NCBI GenBank assembly: GCA_964016885.1
Contig: OZ024740.1
Span: forward strand, 416,268,001 to 416,332,000
Direction of reading: 5' to 3'
Length of the DNA stretch: 64,000 nt
Source of the DNA: Eledone cirrhosa
Lineage: Eukaryota
This document shows, one piece after another, positions 35,735-46,600 of the stretch. The number at the start of each line of letters is the position of its first letter. Position 1 is the stretch's first letter. A model generated the notes under the pieces. That model worked only from the letters and a program-made list of their open reading frames with translations, ran no database searches and was not told the origin of the DNA. Made by a program: the position numbers and the translations under genes.

Positions 35735-36310
35735 CATATTGGTCACTAGGCATGGATCAATATTTCCCCATGACAATGCCAGGTTCGTTCTTCTTCACTC
35801 ACTTATTACTGAGAAGGTTGTAGGGGCAGAATCCTTAAACACTCCTTCCAGCGGGTCCTGTCAGAAGCAAACATCTCCATTTGTCTGGCTGGATCCCCAT
35901 GTGAAACCAACGATCTTGCTCAGATGGGTCTCCTGCTGGTTGGTTTTGGCCGTAAAATCTGTCAGTGATTCTTTCCTGAGACATTCTAACCACATACCCA
36001 TAGTATCAGAGCTGTGATCTCTCATTTCGTCTGATGGTATTTGTGATGCCAGGTACCACACTTCTTAATTGTTAGTGTCTAAGCATAGTGAGTGAAAATA
36101 GGAATTCTTGCAGTATCCTCCATATTCACCTACAGATTATCACTTTTTCAAGCAGTTTAGCCTTTATATCTGTAATGGAAAATTCAATAACAGGGAAGCC
36201 ATAATTAGTGCATTTACTAAATTTGTAACTGCTAAACCTGAGGAATTTTATAGAAATGGTATATTGCCATTAGAGGGTTGTTTGAGAAATAGATCCTACT
36301 TTGGTTAAAC
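35735..36310 (+). pseudogene. Mariner transposase C-terminal fragment interrupted by a truncated RTE (35785-36045)
   Basis: HDNAR precedes and YPPYSPTDYHFFK follows the insert; ATGCCAGGT is duplicated at 35776-35784 and 36046-36054. Confidence 0.75.
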
Positions 36311-36341
36311 ATGATTTTTTCAATTCATTATTTGTATCCCT

Positions 36342-36605
36342 AGGGCGGTAGATTGGCAGTATCGGGAGAGGGTCGGACACCATGCTAGGGTGGTGGATTG
36401 GCAGTATCGGGAGAGGGTCGGACACCATGCTTTGCAGCAAAGTTCAAATCTAAGTTCATTTGATCTGAGTTCAAATCCCGCCGAGGTTAACTTTGCTTTT
36501 CATCCTTAAGGGGTTGATAAAATAAAGTACCAGTCACGCACTGGGGTCAATTTAATCGACTTTCCCCTCCCCCAAAATTGCTGGCCCTGTGCCTCTATAA
36601 GAAAC
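36342..36605 (+). mobile_element. SINE family B, full length with duplicated head and 16-bp TSD
   Basis: CATTATTTGTATCCCT at 36326-36341 and 36606-36621; GATTGGCAGTATCGGGAGAGGGTCGGACACCATGCT occurs twice; B box GAGTTCAAATCC. Confidence 0.88.
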
Positions 36606-36689
36606 CATTATTTGTATCCCTGTTTATTGTACGGTAAAGAAAGAAAAAATGTCATGTGTAACAATCTAAGACATATATAAGATATAATA

Positions 36690-36764
<75 letters not shown>

Positions 36765-36836
36765 TGTATGCTGGATGCCCATAGATAAAGGGCCACGGAA
36801 AACCATGCACAATCTATTGCAAGAAAGCTTATTTAG

Positions 36837-37012
36837 TATATTTGAAATTTCATACACTTAACATGTATACAGGACCTTAGGTTTCAGGGTCCAGATATGG
36901 CCACCACTATATAGTGGAGGCGCTGTTTCAAACTATACAGTGTTGGCCATAACTGGACCCCCGAAACCTATGATTGTGCATTCATGTTATGTGCATGGAA
37001 TTTTAAATATAT
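36837..37012. mobile_element. Palindromic MITE-like foldback
   Basis: TATATTTGAAATTTCATACACTTAACATG..GGTCCAGATATGGCCA pairs with TGGCCATAACTGGACC..CATGTTATGTGCATGGAATTTTAAATATA; related fragment at ~2515-2600. Confidence 0.72.
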
Positions 37013-37341
37013 TTTGTGTGTGTATGTAAGAAAAAAAAAAAAAAAAAAAAAAAAATTAAGTGTTTTACAAACTTTGTATAAAATTACATTTCTTAGAATA
37101 TTAATGAAAAATGTTCAAATGTTACTGAAGTAACAAAATTTACTTTCCATCTCCACATATAAAGAAAACTTCTAATCAATAAATTTAATGGTCTATAAAA
37201 TAATCTCAAGTATGATTTTTACCTTGAAAATAAATCTGTGATCAATGAATGTTCAAAGTTTCAGTTGGTATTGAATATCTTTTGAGCAGCTCATCATTCT
37301 TTCTTTCTTTCTTTTTTATTCTATTTCTTATTTCCTATCTT

Positions 37342-37489
37342 ATGTTCTGAGTTCAAACCATGCTGAGGTTAGCTTTGTCTTTCATCCTTATGGGGGTCAA
37401 TAAAATAAAGTACCAGTCATACACTGATGTCGATTTAATCAACTTTCCCCTCTCCAAAATTGTTGGCCTTGTGTCTAAATCAGAAACCA
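37342..37489 (+). mobile_element. 5'-truncated SINE family B with TSD
   Basis: TTATTTCCTATCTT duplicated at 37328-37341 and 37490-37503; ends ~55 bp upstream of the 37558 exon. Confidence 0.8.
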
Positions 37490-37557
37490 TTATTTCCTAT
37501 CTTTTGTAATTTTTGTCAGTTTTTTTCTTTCCACTATATATAGCATTTTTTCTACAG

Positions 37558-37704
37558 GCGAGCCGACCTAAAGCTGAAATTAATTTGGATAGTTTGAATG
37601 CTGTGTTTGTGCCTGAAAAGATTGGACAATTAAATGGTCTTCAAATTACATATACCGACCGTGGATCAACTCGATGTATTTATGTCTACCACCAAGACAG
37701 CAAG
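37558..37704 (+). CDS. ADAP1: ADAP1-like coding exon (PH1)
   Basis: ctacag acceptor, AAG|GTATTA donor, 147 bp, phase 0. Translates ASRPKAEINLDSLNAVFVPEKIGQLNGLQITYTDRGSTRCIYVYHQDSK. Confidence 0.92.
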
Positions 37705-37830
37705 GTATTAGATTATTCTTAACAAATCTCAAGGAATGTTTCGCTGTTATTTCTAATTATTTTTAATACAGTAAAATCTTCCTCCATATATCATTATAAA
37801 AACAGGAAGAACACATTCAACATTATTATT

Positions 37831-38183
37831 CTAGATCCGTTGTGGGCAAACTGCCACCTGTGAACCACATACGGCCCATTTGGCTTTTTAAATGGTACGG
37901 CTAATTTCAAAATTGCCTTGAAACATTTTAGTAGTGAAGCCCACTTTATGATGAACCACATTCTATGTGGCTCACCTTATGATGAGCCACATTCTATGTG
38001 GCTCACCTTATGATGAGCCACATTCTATGTGGCTCACCTTATGATGAGCCACATTCTATGTGACTCACCTTATGATGAGCCACATCCTATGTGGCCCACC
38101 TTATGATGAGCCACATCCTATGTGGCCCACCTTATGATCAGTCACATCTTATGTGGCCCACTGCTAAAAAAAGGAAGTTCTAG
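37831..38183. mobile_element. hAT/Charlie-like MITE with ~7 tandem copies of a 31-bp palindromic unit
   Basis: Left end GTGGGCAAACT..CCACATACGGCCC resembles Charlie-type ends, CTAG at both flanks; unit ATGATGAGCCACATTCTATGTGGCTCACCTT (37948-38160). Confidence 0.65.
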
Positions 38184-39244
38184 ATACTCTATTCCTGAAG
38201 GCAATATGGTTTGGTCAGAATGTTTTGATCACAGGTCTACTTAATCAGAGATAACTTGTGCTCAACAACAAATTTTAGAAATAGGTGAACTCAGTTGTTG
38301 ACCAGAGTTTCTCCTAAAGATAATGGTTGTTTCTTCTCACTATGAATGTAATTTTAATTAATGAAACTCTGGGTTCACTACATGAAGTACATTAGTACTC
38401 AACTTATTGTTTTTCATGCAACAAACATCCTTGAATATCCCCCCCCCCCCCCCGAGTCATTCTTATAATTTCGCTCACACAATTCATATATAAGTTTCTA
38501 TTACTCTGATATCTACAGTAATTATTAAACTATACTTCACTGATAAGGTTTAATAAGATTAAATTATGTCCAGTGTTGTTACTATACTCCCAAAGTTGAA
38601 AATTCCTACTGTATTGTTTTTAATTCCAGGGTTGTCTCCCCTGCATTTCTCGAATTTAGTCACTCATTAGAATAATGATTTGCTTTTTCTTATATAGGTG
38701 TAATTTTTTTTTTTTTAGTGGGGGTTGGAATAAGCGGAGTGTGTGTGTGGGGGGGGGGGGGTAATTTTTCTATATTATCTCCATTGATTTAAAAAAAACA
38801 ACATAATTAGTCGTTTATTGAGACCCCCAACTCATCCTATTTATTTTATACCATATGAGATTTTTTGTAATATTCTGGGTTTTTTTTTTTTGCCATGTAT
38901 AATGTTTTTTAATGAATAAAGAAAGTTAATTATTATAGGAATTCTATCACTTAAAATAAAATTTCGCCAGAGGTGGAATAAATGATCAGGGATGGGGTGG
39001 AAAAAATCTGGAAAATTTATAAATGGGGAGTAGAGGATTATTCGAGACCCCAGAGTACATTATGTTAACTACTACTTTTACTCATTGTTGAGTGTTAAAT
39101 TATTTGGCAATGGTCATAATACAATTCTTATTATAGAATATGGTGAGCTGTTGATCCTAGTCTTAGACTTCATCAATTGGTCAGTCACGCTCCTAAAACC
39201 TAGAGAGAGACAGGAGGAAGGTGATGAAGAAAGGATTTTGTTAA

Positions 39245-39463
39245 CCCTTTAGCATTTAAACCGGTCATATCCAGCCAGAATTTTCTCACCTCTTTCTGTT
39301 CAAACTGGTCGTAACTGGCCGCTCATACCAATGTTAAGGTATTGTTCTCAAAATAAATAATATCAAAATCTCATAGATTCGATATTGTGTGAGATTTATG
39401 TGAGATAAAGCATTTACCATGAAAATACAACAATATATATTGAGTAATGTGAATGCTAAAGGG
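39245..39463. mobile_element. piggyBac-like MITE
   Basis: TTAA|CCCTTTAGCATT ... AATGCTAAAGGG|TTAA: 12-bp TIR with TTAA TSD. Confidence 0.85.
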
Positions 39464-39754
39464 TTAACTCAACATTTTCTGTGTATTTTATGATCAGAAT
39501 ACATCAGTAGCTCTTATTCTCATATAGACATTGCTGAAGATTATAGCAGTCTGGTTTAAAAACTATCACACTTTCACTTCTAATTAAATTAGGAAGGAAT
39601 AATCCTTTTATTGCATCTTTTGAAGAATTAGTTTTCCATTTATGTATTCGAATATTTTGTATAAAAACTATGCACCGCTTTCACCTCCATCACCTTTCCA
39701 TACACCCCATCCACGCCCCTAGATCTACCTCCCTAATCTACATGCATCTCACCC

Positions 39755-40645
39755 CCACCGTAAAGTGGTCATGTAGGTGTCACAACAAAAAGCGCCCAGT
39801 CCACAGTGTAAAGTGGTCATCTATGTGCCACCACAAAATGCACCCAGTCCACTCTGTAAAGTGGTCATCTGTGTGCCACCACAAAAAGCACCCAGTCCAC
39901 ACTGTAAAGTGGTCATGTAGGTGCAATGATAAAAAGCACCCAGCCCACACTGTAAATGGTCATCTATGTGCCACCACAAAATGCACCCAGCCCACACTGT
40001 AAATGGTCATCTATGTGCCACCACAAAAAGCACCCAGCCCACACTGTAAAGTGGTCATCTATGTGCCACCACAAAAAGCACCCAGCCCACACTGTAAAGT
40101 GGTCATCTATGTGCCACCACAAAAAGCACCCAGCCCACACTGTAAAGTGGTCATCTATGTGCCACCACAAAAAGCACCCAGCCCACACTGTAAAGTGGTC
40201 ATCTATGTGCCACCACAAAAAGCACCCAGCCCACACTGTAAAGTGGTCATCTATGTGCCACCACAAAAAGCACCCAGCCCACACTGTAAAGTGGTCATCT
40301 ATGTGCCACCACAAAAAGCACCCAGCCCACACTGTAAAGTGGTCATCTATGTGCCACCACAAAAAGCACCCAGCCCACACTGTAAAGTGGTCATCTATGT
40401 GCCACCACAAAAAGCACCCAGCCCACACTGTAAAGTGGTCATGTAGGTGCTATAAGAAAAAGCACCCAGGCCACACTGTAAATGTCATTGGCATTAGGAA
40501 TGGCATCCAGCTGTAGAAACCAAACCAAAATCAGTTCTCTATGAGGAAGACATGGTCACCTAACCTGGCTTGAATCACGACAGGACAACTCGTCTAACCC
40601 ATGCTAGCATGGAAAATGGACATTAAACGATGATGATGATGATGA
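39755..40645 (+). repeat. RTE-tail element with ~15 x 48-bp minisatellite
   Basis: Unit AAAAAGCACCCAGCCCACACTGTAAAGTGGTCATCTATGTGCCACCAC, then GGCATCCAGCTGTAGAAAC and (GAT)n. Confidence 0.92.
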
Positions 40646-41242
40646 TAATAAATCTCATTGTGATCTCATCAGGATCAGTGTGATTTAGCAGTTGTGGTTT
40701 CATATAATGTCACTTCACTGCTGGGTTTAACTTAAATGTTGAAGAAATGTGTGGAGACTTTTGATCTTTGATTTTTTTAAAACAAAAATTGGCAGAAGTT
40801 AAAAGGCTATAAGAATGATTTATTTGACACACCTCACCTGCCCTTCACAGGCCCTGCCTATGAAAGCCAAACACTGACCTCTCACAATGCCGTGACATGA
40901 CATAAAGCCTAAAGCCCACCCTATATGCTGGTCTGGCACCACAACATCAAAAGCACCTAGTCCATCCTGTGACACAAGAAAAAGCACTCAGTCCACCTGT
41001 AAAGTGGTTGTTTCAGTGTCATGATAAAAAGTACCCAATGGTTGGTGTTAGGAAAGGCATCCAGCTGTAGAAACAAAGCTAAAATACAAATATATATGAG
41101 CAAAACATAGTCTCCGGATGTCACTTGTCTCATAACGTGACAACCTGTCTGACCATGCTAGCATGGAAAATGGATGTTAAACAATGATGATGAAATGTAT
41201 TAAAGACAGATATAGTTTGTTATATTGCACTTGAATCAGTAA

Positions 41243-41536
41243 CTGGCACTCAGTTGGTCCGATCAACGGAACAGCCTGCTTGTGAAATTGTGTAAGTGGC
41301 TGAGCATTCCACAAACGTACATACCCTTAACATAGTTCTCAGGGAAATTCAGTGTAACACAGAATGTGACGAGGCAGGCCCTTTGAATTACAGATATAAC
41401 TCATTTTTACCAGTTGAGTTAACTAGAGCAATGTGAAATAAAGTGTCTTGTTCAAGGACACAATGCACTGCTGGGAATTGAACTCATGACCATACGGTTG
41501 TGAGCCAAATACCCTAACCACAAAGCCATACGTCTT
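41243..41536 (-). mobile_element. tRNA-derived SINE (family D) with 15-bp TSD
   Basis: CACTTGAATCAGTAA at 41228-41242 and 41537-41551; shares head and core with family A but has a different 3' body. Confidence 0.85.
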
Positions 41537-42139
41537 CACTTGAATCAGTAATGTGCTTATTATTCCACATCTGTTAAATTACCATCATTTTTTTATGACC
41601 GCATTTCTAATTAAATACTCTCTATTTTAATTGATTGATGAAGAATTTTGAGGGATTTACTGAAATGATTAATTATTTCATTACTAAGAAAGTAACATAA
41701 TGTAAGGTTCTTATAAAATTATGTTCGAAGATTTTAATTTAAATTGGAAACTTAAAATGGGTTGATTTATTTCATAGAACCAGAGCTTGTTTTGACTGGG
41801 CTAGTAACCAAATGGTTAAAATGATATATTTATTATTGAACATTACAGATGACTTAGAAACTGTAACATTTAAATAATTAAAAGAAAGTTTATTATTACA
41901 GCTGGATTCCCTTTTACTAAACATAGCATTTTCAACCTATTTTTAATAGGTTTATATTAAAGTTAGCAGAACAAGCCTACTTTGGTATATAACACTAAGA
42001 TTGTCAAAACATTCAAACTCCTGATTATGGTCAATATTTCTACACCTTTGTCTCACAATGTTATTTCAAAGATAATTTACATTTTATTTAAATTCAGTTT
42101 ATTTATATTGTATCTGAAATATGAGTTAATAATAATAAT

Positions 42140-42557
42140 GATAAGTTGACTGAAAAGTTCATAGGCTGACCAAGATACTCTCATGTAATGACTAAATGAG
42201 GTTTATTTTTCAACTTAGTCCCTAGAAAGAAAAATTGCAGTTGTTAATAAGATTTGAAATTAATACATACAAGATTTCACAGCTCTAGCATCTATCCTTT
42301 ATAGGCTGACCAAGATACTCTCATGAAATGACCAAATGAGGTTTATTTTTCAACATAGTCCCTGGAAAGAAACAATGCAATTATTAATAAGAAGAGTTGA
42401 AATTAATACATGACAAGCTCTCCAGTGTACTTGGTAGAAGGTGAGACCATACATAAGCAAGACAACAGATCCCTGGCTTGTTAGGGAGATCAGTAGCCAC
42501 CTCTTCAGTCTTAGCATAGTCATAGTCAGCCTATGAACAAATCAGCCAGACCTCGTA
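42140..42557. mobile_element. Non-autonomous mariner-like element
   Basis: Inverted ends GTTCATAGGCTGAC / GTCAGCCTATGAAC..CCTCGTA; internal ~140-bp duplication. Confidence 0.65.
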
Positions 42558-42796
42558 TATCATCATCATTTAACATCCATTTCCAACGCTAGCATGGGTT
42601 AGACGGGTTGTCCCATTTGAGGTAAGTTGGGTCAGGTGACTGTATCCTGCTCATAGAGGACTGTTTCTGGTTAGGCTGAATGTCCTTTTTAACGTCAACC
42701 ATATTTACAGTGCGTGCTGTGTGCTTTTTGTCTTGACACTATATAACCATTTTACAGTGTGGGCTGGGTGCTCTTTGACGTGACTTCTACACGACC

Positions 42797-42833
<37 letters not shown>

Positions 42834-42835
<2 letters not shown>

Positions 42836-43019
42836 TCATCATCATCATTTTACGTCCGCTTTTCCCTGCTTGCAAGGGTGGGACAGCAGCTCTCTACTTG
42901 TCTCCGTCCTATATAGATATATATATATATTTATATATATATAGGACGGTGACAAGTGGGGAGCTGCTGTCCCACCTTTGCAAGCAGGGAAAAGCGGACG
43001 TAAAATGATGATGATGACG
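42834..43019. repeat. Near-perfect palindrome of two RTE/SINE tail fragments around a (TA)n spacer
   Basis: 76-bp arms 42834-42909 and 42944-43019 with 4 differences; (TA)n outside and inside. Confidence 0.92.
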
Positions 43020-43264
43020 ATATATATATATCATCATCATCATCATCATCGTCGTCATTACCGTTTTATGTCCGTTCTTCCACGCTTGCATGGGTTAGAC
43101 GGGTTGTCCTGTTGTGGGCAGTGTCCAGTCGGATGACCTTGTCTTGCTCATACGAGAACTGATTCTGGCTTGATTTCTACAGCTGGATGCCCTTCCTAAC
43201 ACCAGCCTCATTTACAGTGAATGCTGTTCTATGTTTATCCTATTTTCAATGTTTTATTTTTCAG

Positions 43265-43348
43265 GAAATTGTTGATTGGTATCAATCAATAAGAGCATTA
43301 AAATTAGAACGACGTAAGATTGCCTTTCCTGACAAGAACGTATCCGAG
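43265..43348 (+). CDS. ADAP1: ADAP1-like coding exon (PH1 C-terminal helix)
   Basis: ttttcag acceptor, GAG|GTAACA donor, 84 bp. Translates EIVDWYQSIRALKLERRKIAFPDKNVSE (conserved PH Trp helix). Confidence 0.92.
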
Positions 43349-43661
43349 GTAACAAGATAGTTATCCTTATTGTTTTAATATTTTTTCTTTATTTTTTTTT
43401 ATGCTGGCATGGTTTGTTGAGTTTTCTTGATAGAGAATATATTTAATTTGGAGATGGCCTGTGAATTTGGTTTTATCTCCGAATCAAATATGTTCTCTGT
43501 TTGTGTTTGCTGTAATTCCTTTTATTGATTAACTAATTATGCAATCTGAACCTGATGATGTTGCCAGTGTCTTACGTAACCAGGTCATTGAAATTCATTG
43601 CAATAACAGTAGAAGAGATAGAAAATAGGAACAGCATGACTACAAAGTAGGGTTATATTAT

Positions 43662-46600
43662 CATCATCATCATCACCATTTTACATCCATTCTTTCAGGC
43701 TAGCAAGGGTTGGACGGGTTGTCCTGTTGTGTGACCTAGTCTTGATGATACGGGAACTAATTTTCTACAGCTGGATGCTTTTTTTCTGTGGCACCTACAT
43801 GGCCACTTTACATTGAGGGCTGAGTGCTTGTTTGTCGTGACACCTCCATGGCCACTTTACAGTGAGGGCTGAGTGCTTGTTTGTCGTGACACCTACATGG
43901 CCACTTTACAGTGAGGGCTGAGTGCTTGTTTGTCGTGACACCTACATGGCCACTTTACAGTGAGGGCTGAGTGCTTGTTTGTCGTGACACCTACATGGCC
44001 ACTTTACAGTGGGGCTGAGTGCTTGTTTGTCGTGACACCTACATGGCCACTTTACAGTGAGGGCTGAGTGCTTGTTTGTCGTGACACCTACATGGCCACT
44101 TTACAGTGAGGGCTGAGTGCTTGTTTGTCGTGACACCTACATGGCCACTTTACAGTGAGGGCTGAGTGCTTGTTTGTCGTGACACCTCCACGACCACTTT
44201 ACAGTGAGGGCTGAGTGTTTGTATGTCGTGACACCTCCACGACCACTTTACAGTGAGGGCTGAGTGCTTGTTTGTCGTGACACCTCCACGGCCACTTTAC
44301 AGTGAGGGCTGAGTGCTTGTTTGTCGTGGCACCTCCACGACCACTTTACAGTGAGGGCTGAGTGCTTGTTTGTCGTGACACCTCCATGGCCACTTTACAG
44401 TGAGGGCTGAGTGCTTGTTTGTCGTGGCACCTCCACGACCACTTTACAGTGAGGGCTGAGTGCTTGTTTGTCGTGACACCTCCATGGCCCCTTTACAGTG
44501 AGGGCTGAGTGCTTGTTTGTCGTGACACCTCCATGGCCACTTTACAGTGAAGGCTGAGTGCTTGTTTCTCGTGGCACCTACATGGCCACTTTACAGTGAG
44601 GGCTGAGTGCTGTTTGTCGTGACAACTATATGTCCACTTTACATTGAGGGCTGAGTGCTTGTTTGTCGTGACACCTACATGGCCACTTTACAGTGAAGGC
44701 TGAGTGCTTGTTTGTCGTGACACCTCCACTACCACTTTACAGTGAGGGCTGAGTGCTTGTTTGTCGTGACACCTACATGGCCACTTTACAGTGAGGGCTG
44801 AGTGCTTGTTTGTCGTGACACCTCCATGGCCACTTTACAGTGAGGGCTGAGTGCTTGTTTGTCGTGACACCTACATGGCCACTTTACAGTGAGGGCTGAG
44901 TGCTTGTTTGTCGTGACTCCTACATGGCCACTTTACAGTGAGGGCTGAGATTGTTTGTCATGACACCTACATGACCACTTTACAGTGAGGGCTGAGTGCT
45001 TGTTTGTCGTGACACCTCCATGGCCACTTTACCGTGAGGGCTGAGTGCTTGTTTGTCGTGGCACCTCCACGACCACTTTACAGTGAGGGCTGAGTGCTTG
45101 TTTGTCGTTACACCTCCATGGCCACTTTACAGTGAAGGCTGAGTGCTTGTTTCTCGTGGCACCTACATGGCCACTTTACAGTGAGGGCTGAGTGCTTGTT
45201 TGTCGTGACTCCTACATGGCCACTTTACAGTGAGGGCTGAGTGCTTATTTGTCGTGACACCTACATGGCCACTTTACAGTGAGGGCTGAGTGCTTGTTTG
45301 TCGTGACACCTCCACTACCACTTTACAGTGAGGGCTGAGTGCTTGTTTGTCGTGACACCTACATGGCCACTTTACAGTGAGGGCTGAGTGCTTGTTTGTC
45401 GTGACACCTACATGGCCACTTTACAGTGAGGGCTGAGTGCTTGTTTGTCGTGACACCTACATGGCCACTTTACAGTGGAGCTAAGTGCTTGTTTGTCGTG
45501 ACACCTACATGGCCACTTTACGGTGGAGCTGAGTGCTTGTTTGTCGTGACACCTACATGGCCACTTTACAGTGAGGGCTGAGTGCTTGTTTGTCGTGACA
45601 CCTACATGGCCACTTTACACTGAGGGCTGGGTGCTTGTTTGTCATGACACCTACATGGCCACTTTACAGTGAGGGCTGAGTGCTTGTTTGTCAAGACACA
45701 TCCACGACCACTTTACAGTGAGGGCTGAGTGCTTGTTTGTCGTGACACCTCCATGGCCACTTTACAGTGAGGGCTGAGTGCTTGTTTGTTGTGACCCCTC
45801 CATGGCCACTTTACAGTGAGGGCTGAGTGCTTGTTTGTCGTGACATCTCCACGACCACTTTTCAGTGAGGGCTGAGTGCTTGTTTGTCGTGACACCTCCA
45901 TGGCCACTTTACAGTGAGGGCTGAGGGCTTGTTTGTTGTGACACCTCCATGGCCACTTTACAGTGAGGGCTGAGTGCTTGTTTGTCGTGACACCTACATG
46001 GCCACTTTACAGTGAGGGCTGAGTGCTTGTTTGTCGTGACACCTACATGGCCACTTTACGGTGAGGGCTGACTGCTTGTTTGTCGTGACACCTACATGGC
46101 CACTTTACAGTGAGGGCTGGGTGCTTGTTTGTCGTGACACCTACATGGCCACTTTACAGTGAGGGCTGAGTGCTTGTTTGTCGTGACACCTACATGGCCA
46201 CTTTACGGTGAGGGCTGAGTGCTTGTTTGTCGTGACACCTCCATGGCCACTTTACAGTGAGGGCTGAGTGCTTGTTTGTCGTGACACCTACATGGCCACT
46301 TTACAGTGAGGGCTGAGTGCTTGGTTGTCCTGACACCTCCATGGCCACTTTACAGTGAGGGCTGAGTGCTTGTTTGTCGTGACACCTCCATGGCCACTTT
46401 ACAGTGAGGGCTGAGTGCTTGTTTGTCGTGACACCTACATGGCCACTTTACGGTGAGGGCTGAGTGCTTGTTTGTCGTGACACCTACATGGCCACTTTAC
46501 GGTGAGGGATGAGTGCTTGTTTGTCGTGACACCTCCACTACCACTTTACAGTGAGGGCTGAGTGCTTGTTTGTCGTGACACCTACATGGCCACTTTACAG

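Noticed and set aside
37948-38160. Tandem hammerheads (TGATGAG + stem)
   Set aside because: Lacks the C of CUGAUGA and the GAAA after the stem.
39670-40516. His/Cys-rich repetitive ORFs (HHKKHPAHTVKWSSMC)n and similar ORFs in other arrays
   Set aside because: By-products of a 48-bp (multiple of 3) repeat, open in several frames on both strands, with no splice or codon evidence.
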